From: Mobula hypostoma
Taxonomy: Eukaryota
Reading direction: 5' to 3'
Assembly: GCF_963921235.1 (NCBI RefSeq)
Contig: NC_086098.1
Coordinates: forward strand, 3,038,001-3,102,000
DNA length: 64,000 nucleotides
Positions within the stretch are counted from its first letter, which is position 1; every line of letters begins with the position of its first letter. The translations under genes and the position numbers were made by a program. The notes beneath the pieces are model-generated. The model did not search any database. It saw nothing but the letters and a program-made list of their open reading frames with translations, and had not been told where the DNA came from. This document shows positions 11,540 to 26,197 of the stretch, piece by piece.

Positions 11540-13930
11540 TATATAGAAGCAGAATTAGGCCATTTGATCCATTGAATTTACTTTGTCATTACATCATGGT
11601 TGATCCAATTTTCTTCTCAGTCCAAATCACCTGTCTTCTCTCTGTATTCCTTCATGCCCTGATCAATCAAGAATCTATCAACCTATGCCTTAACCCAGGC
11701 AACCTGTTCATATTCTACACCTTCACAGTATGGTCCGGATCAATTTTGACCCGGCCCAAGAATCCCCTCTTAACAAGTGTCTGTACCAAATTTTGAATCA
11801 CAGATCTATTTAGAATGTATAAATAGCCTGACATTAATAAATGGGTGAATAATCCTTAATTAATGCTTCAGAGATCTAAAATCCATTTCAATAGATACGG
11901 GTCAAATTTGACCCGGAACAGCCTCAATGTACAAAAATTTGTAGCACCTGTACAAAAGTATAAAATTTTCAAATATTTTCATTTTTGCGCATTTTGGGTC
12001 ACTTTAGGACAAGTCATCAAATTTCAGCTTAAAATGGCATTAAGGGTGTTTTTACTGCTGTCAAATGTCAAAATGGGTCAAATTTGACCCGAACAGTATG
12101 TAAGGGTTAAATATACATAAAGACTTGGCCTCCACACCCGCCTGTGGCAAAGAATTCCACAGATTCACTACACTCTGGCTAAAACAATTCCTCCTTATAT
12201 CTGTTTTAAAAGGACACCCCTCTATTATGAGGCTGTGTTTTCTGGTCTTAGACTCTCCACCAGATGAAACATCCTTTACATATCCACTCTGTCAAGGCCT
12301 GTCACCATTCAATAGGTTTCAATGAGGTCACCCCTCATTCTTCGGAATTCCAGCAAATACAGTCCCAGAGCCATCAAATGTTCTTTATGTGACAAGCCAT
12401 TCAATCCTGGAATCATTTTCATGAACCTCCTTTAAATCCTTTCCAGTTTCAGCACATCCTTCTAAGATAAGGGTCCAAAATTGTTCGCAGTAACCAAGTC
12501 TCAACATTACATCCTTGCTTTTATATTCTAGTCCTCTTGAAATGAATGCTAACATTGCATTTGCCTTCTTCACCACAGACTCAATCTGTAAATTAACTTT
12601 TAAGGAATTCAGCACAAGGACTCCCAAGTACCTTTGTATCTTGTTTTTTTCATATTTTCTCTCTATTTAGAAAACAGTCAATCCTTTTTATTTCTTCCAC
12701 CATAGTGCATGGCCATACACTTCCTGATGCTGCATTTCATCTGCCATTTCTTTATCCATTCTCCTAATTTAAGTCCTACTGTAGCCTCTCTACTTCCTCA
12801 AAGCTACCTACCCCTACATCTATCTTCATATCTTCTGCAAACTTTGCAATAAAGCCATCAATTCTACCATCCAAATTATTGACATATAACTTAAAAAGAA
12901 GTGTCCCCAACACAGACCCCTGTGGAACACTGATAGTCACCGACAGCCAGGCAGAAAAAAGCTCCCTTTATTCCCACTCTTTGGCTCCTGCCAATCACCC
13001 AATGCTTTATCCATGCTAGAATCTTTCCTGGAAAACCACGGGCTCATAGTTTGCTCAGGAACCTCATGTGTGGCACCTTGTCAAAGACCTTCTGAAAATC
13101 CAAGAATACAACATCAACTAATTCTCATTTGTCTATGCTGCTTGTTATTTCTCCAAACAATTCCAACAGATTTGTCAGGCAAGATTTTCCCCTTGAGGAA
13201 ACCACGCTGACTACTGCCTATTTTATCATGTGCCTCCAAGTACCCTAAGGCCTCATCCTTAATAATCGACTCCAACATCTTCCCAACCATTGAGGTTAAG
13301 ACTAACTGGCCTTAGCAAGTTAGAAGTTTCCTTTCTTCTGCTTCTCTCCCTTCTTGATGAGTGGAGTGACATCTACAACTTTCCAGTCTTCAGGAACCAT
13401 TCCAAAATCTAGTGGCTCTTTAAAGATCATTACTAATGCCTTCATGATCTCTTCAGCTGCCTCTTTCAGAACTCTGGGGTGTACACCATCTGATTCAGGT
13501 GACTCATCTACCTTCAGACCTTTCAGCTTCAGAAAAACCTTCTCTCTATTTTTGGTAACTTTTCACATGGCTTCTGACATATGGAACTTCCACCACACTG
13601 CTAATGTCTCCCATCGTGAAGACAGTTGCAAAATACTTACTCAGTTCATCCGTCATCTCATTCTTCCCCATTACTACCTCTCTATCAGCATTTTCCAGTG
13701 GTCCAATATCCACTCTCACCTCTCTTTTATACTTTATGTATCTGAAGAAACTTTTGGTATCCACTTTAATATTATTGGCTAGTTTACTTTTGTTTTCATC
13801 TTTACCTTCTTAAAGACTTTCATAGTTGCCTTCTGTTCATTTTTAAAAGCTTCCCAATCCTCTAACTTTTCTCTAATTTTGCTCTATTATATGCCCTCTG
13901 CTTGGCTCTTATGTCAGCTTTGACTTTTCT
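11540..13930 (-). mobile_element. Degenerate CR1 LINE (ORF2 3' half)
   Basis: KSFFRYIKYKREVRVDIGPLEN and VVKKANAMLAFISRGLEYKS motifs; many disruptions. Confidence 0.9.
11694..12106. mobile_element. piggyBac-type MITE inside CR1
   Basis: TTAA at 11690-11693 and 12107-12110; CCC...GGG termini; CR1 sequence resumes across the TTAA; three gggtcaaatttgaccc palindromes. Confidence 0.85.
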
Positions 13931-15439
13931 TAAATAAATAAGCTTTGAGCCGGTGTTTAAATATATCAACTGAATCTGCATCCCTTATAATTTTTAGGTA
14001 TTGAATTCCACAGCTTAGCACTGCCATTGAAAGAAAGTTGACCTGCCAATTATATTTTGAACGGGATTGTTTACATTTAAGAGACTGGTGGAAGAAGACC
14101 TGAGAGCTCCATCAGGATTATAAAACAAAAGCGATTCTGTGATGTAACCTGGTCCCAGACCAATGAGAGTTTAAAACAAGTAAGAAAACTTTATAATCAA
14201 AGATACAGGAAGCCAAGGCACAGTAGTTCGGAGGGCAGTGACAAGCTCCCTCATCCTGGTTTTAGTTAAGAGTCTAGCAGCCGCAATCTGTGTTGTTCCA
14301 GATTCCCAGCATCTGCATAATCTCTCATGTTTATTTATTGATGTTTTGTAACTTCCCTTGCCTCATTTTTATATTGTTTCCCTGCATTGAATCAAGGTGA
14401 ATATCTCAATGAGTAAGCTGTCTTTATGACTTCCAAAGTTCTTGGATTAAAGATGGGATCAAAATGCATTGGCATATATGTAACCACTTTTCATATCACA
14501 TGTTCATCACTCATCTATCAACAACTTCTATCACATGAGGTTTATACATGACAGATTCACACTTACTTATGCATATTTACCACTGCATGCTCATATTGCC
14601 TTAGGAGGGGAGCTTGACTGAACTCGTGCATTCCTCTTTGGAGCAAAGGAGAATGCGAGGTGACTGATGGAGGTGTACAAGATAATAAGAAGCACAGATC
14701 AAGTGGACAGCCAGAGACTTTTTCCCAGGTGGAAACGGCTAATATTATATAATTTGGCCTAAAATACTTAATGTACTGTAGGATCAATCTAACTCTTCCC
14801 ATGTAAATAGCCTTCCATTTTTCTATAATCCACATGTCTATTTAGGAGTTTCTTAAATACCCCTGATGCATCTGCCTCTACCATCACCCCTGCCAGGGCA
14901 TTCCATGTACGCACCACTCCCTGTGTAAAAACCTCCCGTCTTAAATCCCCCTTTATACTTTTCTCCAATCACCATAAATTTAAGCCCCCTTATCATCTTG
15001 ATATCATCACCGATATCTCATTCTCCTCTCACCCTCCTTCAGCTCACTCAACCTCTCCACATAAGCCATGCTCTCTAATCTACGCATCATCCTGGTAAAT
15101 CTCCTCTGCATCCTCTCTAGAGCTTCTATATAATGAGGTAATCTGAAATGAATTCCAAGTGTGGTCTAACCAGTGTTTTATATGCTGGAACATTTCCCCA
15201 CAGTTCTTGAATTCAAAACCCTGACTAAAGAAGGTTAGCACTGACGTGAAAATCCCATTCCTCACATCCCCTCTCCACCCACACTCTCTCCCAATGTCCA
15301 AGCAGGCTCTTCTTGTTTTCTGACTCAAGACATCACAGCCCTGCTAGCGAGGCATTTCTTTACCAGATACTGGAAGAATACCTGGAAGAATCGCAATGAA
15401 AAACAGGTGTCTAAGTACAACACCAAAGACTTCCAAATT

Positions 15440-15910
15440 GCATTCTAACTGGTTGCATCACTGTCTGGTATGGAGAGGCCACTGCATGGGATCAGAAAAA
15501 GCTGCAGAAGGTTGTTAACTCAGCCAGCTCCATCATGGACACTAGCCTCCCCAACATCCTGTAATCTTTGGAAAGCAACTTCCCCCCAAAAAGTGGAGTC
15601 CATCATTAAGGACCCCCATCACTTTGAACATGCACTCTTCTCATCCTACCACAAAGGAGGAGCCTGAAGACACACACTCAGCACTTCAGGAACAGCTTCT
15701 TCCCCTCCACCGTCAGATTTCTGAATGGACAGTGAACCCATGTACACTTTGCACTTTCTTTTCATTTTTTCTCTCTTTTTGCACTACTTATTTAATTTGA
15801 TATATATTTCTTATTGTATTTTATAGTTTCTTTTATTATTATGTATTGCAATGTACTGCTGCTCTAAAACAACAAATTTAAAGATGTATGCCGGTGATAT
15901 TAAACCCGAT
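15440..15910 (+). mobile_element. Rex1/Babar LINE 3' fragment
   Basis: ILTGCITVWY and IIKDPHH..HALFS motifs. Confidence 0.85.
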
Positions 15911-16304
15911 TGTTGCTCTGATGCATGTCACTTAATTTCACAACCACAAGCTACAGCACTGCACACTCTCTGAGCAGACTGGAAAGGTGGTGGGGCGGGG
16001 GGCGCAGATCCACTCAGAAGGTGAATGGGCTTTTGAAAAAATATGAGCAGAAGATTCTAGATGGTTTATCGTCATTCTTCAGTACACAAGTATAGAGGAG
16101 AATAAAATGGCTGTTACTTCAGATCTGATGCAGCAAAAAAATAGGATAAGCATAAAGAACAGAATAAATATCAATATAAAACAATCCTATAAAATACACT
16201 TTACAAGCATCTGCTCAGTGTAACCATTGAGGATTTATCAAAAACACAAGAGATTCTGCTGATGCTGGAAACCCAGAGCAACACACACAAAACGCTGGAG
16301 GAAC

Positions 16305-17882
16305 AGTAGCCTGGCAGATAGTGCCATGGTATTGCAGCTTGGGGCATCGGAGTTTGAGTTCATTTCCGCCATCCTCTGTAAAAAAAAAGTTTGCATGTTC
16401 TTGTGACCATATGGGTTTCCTCCAGGGGCTCCGATTTCCTCCCGCGATCCAAAGATATACATGTATTTGGACAGCCAAGGGCTGATTAACTATAATCAAC
16501 ACAGCTTTGTGTGTGGTAGATCATGTTTAACGAATCTTATAGAGTTTTTTGAGGAGGTTACCAAGAAAGTAGATGAAGGAAAGGCTGTGAATGTTGCAAG
16601 GCCTTTGACAAAGTCCCACATGGGAGGTTAGTTCAGAAGGTACAGACACTAGGTATCCATGGAGAGGTTGTAAACTGGATTTGAAATTGGCTGTGTGGGA
16701 GAAGACAGAGAGTGGTAGTGGATGATTGCTTCTCAGACTGGAGGCTTGTGACTAGTGGTGTTCCTCAGGGATCTGTGCTGGGACCATTGTTGTTTGTTGT
16801 CTATGTCAATGATCTAGATGATAATGTGGTAAATTGGATCAGCAAGTTTGCTGATGACACTAAGATTGGAGGCATTGTAGACAGCGAGGAAGGCTTTCAA
16901 AGCTTGCAGAGGAATCTGGACCAACTGGAAAAACGGGCCAGAAAATGGCAGATGGAATTTAATGCAGACAAGTGTGAGGTGTTGCATTTTAGAAGAACAA
17001 ATCAAGGTAGGACATACACAGTAAATGGTTGGGCACTGAGGAATGTGGAGGAACAAAGGGATCTGGGAGTTCAGATACACAATTCCCTGAAAGTAGCGTC
17101 ACAGGTAGACAGGGTTGTAAAGAAGGCTTCTGGCATCCTGGCATTCATAAATCAAAGTATTGAGTATAGGAGTGGGGATGTTATTGTGAGGTTTTGTAAG
17201 ACATTGGTGAGGCCAAATTTGGAGTATTGTGTGCAGTTCTGGTCACCTAACTATAGGAAGGATATCAGTAAGATTGAAAGAGTGCAGAGAAGATTTACTA
17301 GGATGTTGCTGGGTCTTCAGGAGTTGAGTTACAGGGAAAGATTGAACAGGTTAGGACTTTATTCCTTGGAGCGTAGAAGAATGAGGGGGGATTTGATAGA
17401 GGTTTACAAGATTATGAGGAGTATAGACAGAGTAAATGCAAGTAGGGTCTTTCCACTTAGATTAGGAGAGATAAATATGAGAGGACATGGCTTTAGGGTG
17501 AAAGGGGAAAGGTTTAGGGGGAACATTAGGGGGAACTTCTTCACTCGGAGAGTGGTGGGAGTGTGAAACGAGCTGCCATCTGATGTGGTAAATGCGGGCT
17601 CACTCTTAAGTTTTAAGAATAAATTGGATAGATACATGGATGGGTTATGGACTAGATGCAGGCCAATGGGACTAGCGGAATAAAGTTTCGGCACAGAGTA
17701 GAAGGGCCGAATGGCCTATTTTCTGTGCTGTAGTGTTCTATGGTTCTATATACCTGTGTGTAGGTTATTTGGTCATTGGAATTATCCTGCGATTATACTA
17801 GGATTAAACAGGTGGGTTGCTAGGCGCTACGGCTCTTTGAGCTGGAGGTGCCTATTCTGTGCTGTTCCTCTAAATAAATATA
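16305..17882 (+). mobile_element. tRNA-derived SINE interrupted by CR1
   Basis: B-box-like gagttcatttcc; core gggtttcctccagggg.tccgatttcctccc; resumes after about 17750 and ends ctctaaataaata. Confidence 0.75.
16465..17747 (+). mobile_element. 5'-truncated CR1 LINE (RT ORF 16712-17566)
   Basis: RT motifs; TSD-like atatacatgt (16455-16464) and atatacctgt (17748-17757). Confidence 0.95.
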
Positions 17883-18586
17883 CAAATTAACTCAGCAGGC
17901 TAGGTAGCATCTATGGAGGAAAATAAACAGTTGCTGTTTCAGGCTCAAACCCTTCATCAGGACCAGTTAAGGGAAAGGTCACTCTTAACTATATTGCTGT
18001 CAGGGTTGAATCACTGAACATGCCTCACCCACGCAGCCAAAAAACAACTGTAATAAAGTTTGCCTTTAAACACTCACACTCAACTTTGACATCAGCCTTT
18101 CCTCAACAAGAAGTTGTGCTATTGCTGACTCATAAAATGGGAATTAATAGCTTTGCTATCAGCAAGGGCTTCAATCTATCACTGAGATTTGCTTCAATAT
18201 TTCTTACTAGTGTGTTTACTCAAACTTATAGTTTGAGACTGGAAGTGTCAGAGTGAAAGCGCCAAGGAATTGATCAGTCAATGTTTGGACTATTTAAGTT
18301 GTACTATTTCAGCAGCCCCATGTGTGGAGGTGATCAGGGAATAGGTAACACATATTTTATAGGACGCAACCTGGAGTAGAGAAAGTTCATCCAATTAATC
18401 ATCGGGACAGTAGCCTACCTTCAAGCCTTTAAACATCTTAACTGGGGATATCATTACTTGTTAAACCTTTGAATGTTCAGTGCTCTTTGCTATTTTCAAA
18501 CGGCATAGGGCTTTTCCTCACACAGATATGCATCATCTAAAAATCAGATGTTGACATGAAACATCATACAGGATTGTTTGGGTAAT

Positions 18587-18892
18587 CGGAATCAGGTTTA
18601 TTATCACCATCTTGTGATGTGAAATTTGTTAACTTAGCAGCAGCAGTTCAATGCAAAACATAATCTAGCAGAGAGAAAAAAATAAATAAAATAAAAATAA
18701 TAATAATAAATAAACAAGTAAATCAATTACGTATATTGAATAGGTTTTTAAAATGTGCAAAAACAAAAATACTGTATATTTAAAAAAGTGAAGTAGTGTC
18801 CAAAGATTCAATGTCATTTAGCAACTGGATGGTGGAGGGGAAGAAGCTGTTCCTGAAATGCTGAGTGTGTGTCTTTGGGCTTCTGTACCTTC
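18587..18892 (-). mobile_element. Rex1/Babar 3' end
   Basis: Very similar to 53871-54190 and to the reverse complement of 33050-33366. Confidence 0.85.
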
Positions 18893-20270
18893 CGTACCAC
18901 TTTATCTGGTACAAGCAGACATGCCACAGTTAAAGTCACATTTCTTCCCTTTCTGATATTGGTCTAAACGACAACTGAACCTCTTGACCATGTCTACATG
19001 TTTTTATGCATTGGGTTGCTGCCACATGATTGGCTGATTAGATATTTGCATTACCGAGCAGGTGTACAGGTGTAGTCATTGTGTGTATATGAAACATAAA
19101 TTTAATCCACAAAATTAGTAAGTGGGTGTTTACATTGTGTTACCTTCCATCCAAAGAAATGTTCCTAAAACTATATTCCAATACCAAATCATAATTATTT
19201 CTTAAACACTGTAAATATATGCAAGCAAAAAACAGCATGTGTAATTAGTAATATTTTTGTTGCCCACTAAATTGTTATTATTTCATATGTGTGAAGAACT
19301 GAAGTGCTACTTTCCAGGTGTGAGATAACACTTAATGCTTGACAGCAGCACAGAATGTTCCAGAATTTATTTTAAGTAATACCTTTTCTTGCTGTAACAG
19401 AAGCTAGACACTTGTAAAACAAACAGCAGACTTCAACAGCATTGGCATAAGCAGCCACTCACTGATGTGAGAGACTATCAGAACTCGAGGGGAGAGACAC
19501 TTGTGAGTTATGAGTCCTGCATGCTGATGAAAGAACTGTCATAACTCACTGTAGCATGTGAGATGTTGTCTATTCGTTCAATTAACTGATTAGACTTACT
19601 CCAGCTGTTTTTCCTTAACACATTAACTAGCTACCCACACTAAACCGGTGATCTTCCTTTTCAACGTATTGCCCAAGATTCCGATTGCATAATATTATTT
19701 CTTTCAGGGTTACTCAACTGAAAATTGACTCAATGCAGAGTTCAACACAACAACACACATTCCTAGGAAGGCAGCTTGTCACTCTGAAAACTCAGCCAGG
19801 CATTTCCCGCTGTGATTCATACTCAAATGTCATATGACCAAGGAATAGATTGTGGACTTCAGTAAGGGGAACACACACTCATCCTCACTGAGGTTTCAGC
19901 AGTGGAAAGGAGGAACAGATTCAAGTTCCAGGGTGTCAACCTCTCTGAAGATCTATCCTGTGCCCAACATATTGGTGTAATCACGAAGAAAGCTCTTGAT
20001 TAGGAGTCAAATGTTCAGAGTTAGGTTTAATGTCATTGGCATGTATCATGAAATTTGTTGTTTTGTGGCAACAGTACATTGCAATTTGTAATTTAAAACT
20101 ATAAATTACTATAAGAAATATGTATAAAAATTATATACATACATAGTGCAAAAAGAGAACAAAAACCAAGAAAACAAATAGACAGATAGTTTTAAAAACA
20201 CACACAAAATGCTGGCAGAACTTAGCAGGCCAGGCAACATCTATGGAAAAGAATACAGCAGATGTTTTGA

Positions 20271-20762
20271 CGATGCATTCTGCATTCTAAATTAGAATTT
20301 TTAAAGGTAAGGAATTAAAGTTTTTTCTTCATTGTAGTAATTGTTTCTTCAATTTTTCCGATTTTAAGTTCATTCTGTTGCGTATGAACTTGGAGATTAG
20401 ATATAGCAGACTGATGTTCCGTGATAGTTGTTTTCATATTATCAATTTCATCGATGATTCTCTCCAGTTTAGATGAAACCTCTGCACGAATCAAATCCGA
20501 TATAGCTTGCACAGTTACCGCTGATTCAACCGGAGGGGGGTCGGTAGCTTTCGGTCTGACAGGAGGTTTGTCATTTTTCCCGTTCTTCGACATACTGGAC
20601 CTTAAAAACATCCAAGTATATAATGACAATCCACTGCAAGGTATTGTAAAGGTCGGTGCCTTAAAAGTTAGCTTAAATGCAGCTGATCATAGGATAAGGA
20701 TCAGAGGTGATGGAGTGGATCTGGAACAGGACTTCACTCCATGAGCACTACCGGAAGTCCCC
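20271..20762 (-). mobile_element. L1-clade LINE 5' fragment (5' UTR plus ORF1 coiled-coil N-terminus)
   Basis: Begins ggggacttccggt; MSKNG...heptad-rich IDEIDNMKTTITEHQSAISNLQ; ends at an LECRMHR motif resembling LExRSRR. Confidence 0.65.
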
Positions 20763-20990
20763 CTACAGTGGATATTTTGAGCCAGCATTTTGTGTGTGTT
20801 GCTTGGATTTCCAGCATCTGCAGATTTTCCCTTGTTAGTGAAATAGTGTTCATAGGTTCATTGTTCATTCAGAAATCTGATGGCGGAGGGGAAGAAGCTA
20901 TTCCTGAAATTTGTGAAGTGTGTGTCTTCAGGCTCCTGTACTTCCTCCCTGATGGTAGCAGTGTACTTCTCTAAATAAAATAAATATCTA

Positions 20991-22625
<1,635 letters not shown>

Positions 22626-22627
22626 TA

Positions 22628-22721
22628 GGTAGACAGATTGATTGACAGATAGACAGATCAATAGATAGATAAGACAGATACAGATGGAAAGATAGACAGA
22701 TACATAGATAGATAGATAGAT
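22628..22721. repeat. (GATA/GACA)n microsatellite
   Basis: Degenerate tetranucleotide run directly adjacent to the Tc1 TA. Confidence 0.9.
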
Positions 22722-22824
22722 CAAATTCATATCAAATCAAGTTTAGTTGTCATTCAAACCCCCGTGGATGTTCACATGTGTTACCTGGTTGTCTTTTGCT
22801 GCCTTACTTACTCAGTGCAGTCAA

Positions 22825-23705
22825 CGGTTGGCTGCTGGTGACTAGTGGTGTTCCTCAGGAGTCAGTATTGGGACAGCTACTTTCCCCATTGTCAATAATC
22901 CAGATAGTGGAATTGATGGCTTTGTAGAAGAGTTTGCAGATGATATGAAGAAAGGTGGAGGGGTAGGTAGTGTGGATGAAGCAATACAATTGTACCAGGA
23001 CTTAGACAAATTGGAAGAATGGGCTAAAAAGTGGCAGGTGGAATACAGCGGTGGGAAAGTATGATAATGCATTTTGGTAAAAGAAACAACAGTGTGGACT
23101 ATTATCTAAATGAGGAGAAGTTTCAAACATCAGAGGTACGAAGGGACTTAGGTGTCCTCGCGCAAGACTCCCAGAAGATGAAGTCACAGGCAAATGCTAT
23201 GTTGCTATCTATTTCAAGTGGAATAGAAATAAAAACAAGGAGATAATGCTGAAGCTTTATCTGACATTAGTCAGGCTGCACTTGGAGTAACAGCTTTGGG
23301 CCCCTTATCTCGGAAAGGATGTATTGTCATTATGGAGAGAGTCCAGAAGAGGTTCACAAGGATGATTCTGGGAATGAAGGGGTTAATGTATGAGGAGATT
23401 TTGGCAGCTTTGGGCCTGTACTCACTGGAATTTAGAAGAATGCGGGGGGATCTCATTGAAACTTACTGAATGTTGAAAGGACTAGAAAGGGTGGATGTGG
23501 AGAGGATGATCCCTATAGTGGGGGTATCCAGAACTAGAGGGCACAGCCTCAAAATTGAGGGGCGACCCTTTGGAACAGAAGTAAGGAGGAATTTTTTTAG
23601 TTAAAGAGTGGTGAATCTGTGGAATTTGTCCTGGGTGATGGACATTCCAAGTTACGGGAAGAATGCAGGAGAATGGGGTTGAGATAGATAATAAATCAGC
23701 TCTGA
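22825..23705 (+). mobile_element. Degenerate CR1 3' fragment
   Basis: VTSGVPQES and EFADD remnants; CR1 3' UTR. Confidence 0.9.
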
Positions 23706-24264
23706 TCAAAAACAACTCCAGAATTTCAAAGCCTACATGTCTGGGAAACCATATTAATTATATTTGGCATAGGAACACAGAGAGACCTGAGTGGATAAAA
23801 GACAAGTAAAGTAAGACAGGTCCTCTCGAAAGGCAGTGATCCACAACCAGATGCAAAAATGCATGCAGCTCCTACCACATCTGAAAGTACAGTTTAGTCT
23901 CAAAAACAATTACTTCTAGCAAGCCGTCAGGCTGATCAACACCTCTATGCGCTAACCCCCTCCCACCAGCACTACATCCACACCACCGAGTGTCACTTTA
24001 TGTACAAACAGTTGGTCTGTGGATATCAGTTATTTGTACGTTGTGTTTTATGGGATTGCTTTTATAGTTATATTTATTGTGTTTATATGTGTACTTTATG
24101 CTTATTCTGGTTTTTTTCATGCTGCACCAGATTCAGAAAAACAATCATTTTGTTCTCCTTTACACTTATGTACTGAAGAATGATAATTGTGAATCTGTGC
24201 TGTCATTTGATTTACAGGGATATTTTGTGCCCTGAAGTTAAAATGTCAACATTTGTGAATAGAA

Positions 24265-24900
24265 TACTGCTGCTTCCATCGACAAGGAGGCACAGGAGCC
24301 TCAGAACTCACACCACCAGGTTCAGGGACAGTTATTACTCCGCAACCATCAGGCTCCTGAACCAAAGGGGATAACTTCACTCACCTCAACACTGAACTGA
24401 TTCCACAAGCTACAGACTCACTTTCAAGGACTCTACAACTCATGTTCTCAGTTTATTTATTTACTATTTAGTTATAATTATTTACTTTATTTGGTTTTTA
24501 TTGTACTTTCACAGTTTGTCTTCTCACACATTGGTTGTTCTGGAAGGTAAAAGGCAATGGTTGATGAAGGAGAGGAAGACATGGTGTTGGCATCATGAGC
24601 CTAAATAAATGGTGGTTACAACTCCACCACTGAGCACATCTACAAAGAGCATCCGCCATCAAGGACCATCACCAACCAGGGCATGCTCTCTTCTCGCTGC
24701 TGCCATTAGGAAGGAGGTACAAGAGCCTCAGGACTCCCACCAGGTTCAGGAATTGTTATTACCCTTCAATCATCAGATTGTTGAGCCAGAAGGGATAACT
24801 TCACTCAATTTCACTTGCCCCGTCACTGAACTGTCCCCACAACCGAAGGACTGACTGTCAAGGACACTTCATCTCGTTTTCAATGTTTATTGCTTACTTA
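24265..24900 (+). mobile_element. Two adjacent Rex1/Babar 3' fragments
   Basis: RSLRTHTTRFRDSYY..TIRLLN at about 24290 and a second copy at about 24660-24900. Confidence 0.75.
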
Positions 24901-24909
24901 TATGATACA

Positions 24910-25012
24910 CAGTCCAGGGCAGTACGATATGGAGAGCAAGCTGTTGCCTGTGTAGCAGGCTCACCCTCTCCACGCAGCTGAAGAATCCAAAGGAACGGCA
25001 GAGACTGATAGA
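24910..25012 (-). mobile_element. Fragment related to the RTE-like element at 45587-45968
   Basis: Reverse complement ggagagggtgagcctgctacacaggcaacagcttgctctccata resembles 45846-45890. Confidence 0.5.
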
Positions 25013-25080
25013 GATATCTATGTATCAGTAAGTCGATAGATCTATATATCTCTATCTATCTATATATTGATATAGACATA

Positions 25081-25149
25081 CAGTACTGCAGAAATATCTT
25101 AGCACTATAAGACTAAGGCTAGCGTGGCTGAGACTTTCGCACAGTACTG
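25081..25149. mobile_element. 69-bp Tc1/mariner-type mini-MITE
   Basis: TA-cagtactg...cagtactg-TA; partial second copy at about 25483-25540. Confidence 0.7.
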
Positions 25150-26197
25150 TAGTAATTTTAAGCATTGTACTGTACTGCTGCCACAAAAAGAAATCATGAC
25201 AATGTGTGTGAAGATTAACCTGATTCCGATAGGGGTCTCTATTGTGGACTGAGAAGCACCAGAGAGACATTCTGTAATGATCAATAAACCAAATGTTTGG
25301 AATCAGGTAACCTTGCCTGGTGTCTCAGGGCTGGGTGTGTCTGCAGCTACGCCAACCCCCAGACCTGGTACTCCTCTGCCACCTGTTCCACGTCCTCCTG
25401 TGGTGCTCCAGCCTCACCATTCCAAACATTGTTCGTTCCCGCCTGATTTTCAAACTCACGCTCTGCTCCATGTTGACAAATACAGTACCTGTGTGGAGGT
25501 CTTAGGCACCCTAACTATGTGTATGTGCCTAAGACTTTATATATACAAACTTATTTACAATTTATTTTATATATTTTATTTCTTTGTCCATTCAGCTGTT
25601 CCTAAAAAGCTGAGTGTGAGTCTTCCGGCTTCTGATGGAGGCAATGAGAGGAGGACATGGCCTGGGTGATGATGGATTTCTCCTTTATAAGGCATCACCG
25701 TTTGAAAATGTCGGTCTGCATGTGGTGAGTATGAAAATCATTAAAATACCAAAGTGAACTTAAAATTACCAATGTGGTCGTGTATGCTCTCTTTAAATGG
25801 AACTGAAGTAGTTTGCCCAAGATCCAAGAGCAGATAGTTTTAGCCCGTGCACTCAATCTGAAGTGCTCAGCGATGAGTATAAGAGTTCAGAATCTTGCAA
25901 TTCCCCAGAGAAAGTGTATCTCACCTTGATAAGAATAAAAGTCACGTTCAGAAGAAAAGTTATAAATCAAAGGAAGGGTGATTATATGATCCAGCACTCC
26001 CAGAGAGGTTCAACACCAGCAGTGATAGAATTTCAATACTACACATGTTTGGCAGGCCATTAGTTTTCTTCCAGATCATGGAGGCTTCTCTACAATACTC
26101 TGCCTGTGGTATTTCACCCAGAAGTCTACATCTCAGCAATTCCAGAATCTTCTTCAGTGCACCGCAGAAATACCGTATACAAGTGAATGACCACTCC

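Larger units (their letters stand above)
10096..14290 (-). mobile_element. L2 LINE 3' fragment split by two CR1 insertions
   Basis: Pieces at about 10096-10138, 11350-11510 and 13930-14290 align with the copy at 50700-51120; the minus strand gives LTKTRMRE, LPVS, YKVFLLV and GLGP L2-like remnants. Confidence 0.7.
16240..17965 (-). mobile_element. Penelope tail copy split by a SINE that itself contains a CR1
   Basis: Halves at 16240-16304 (...acgctggaggaac) and 17889-17965 (aactcagcagg...cccttcatcaggac). Confidence 0.75.
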
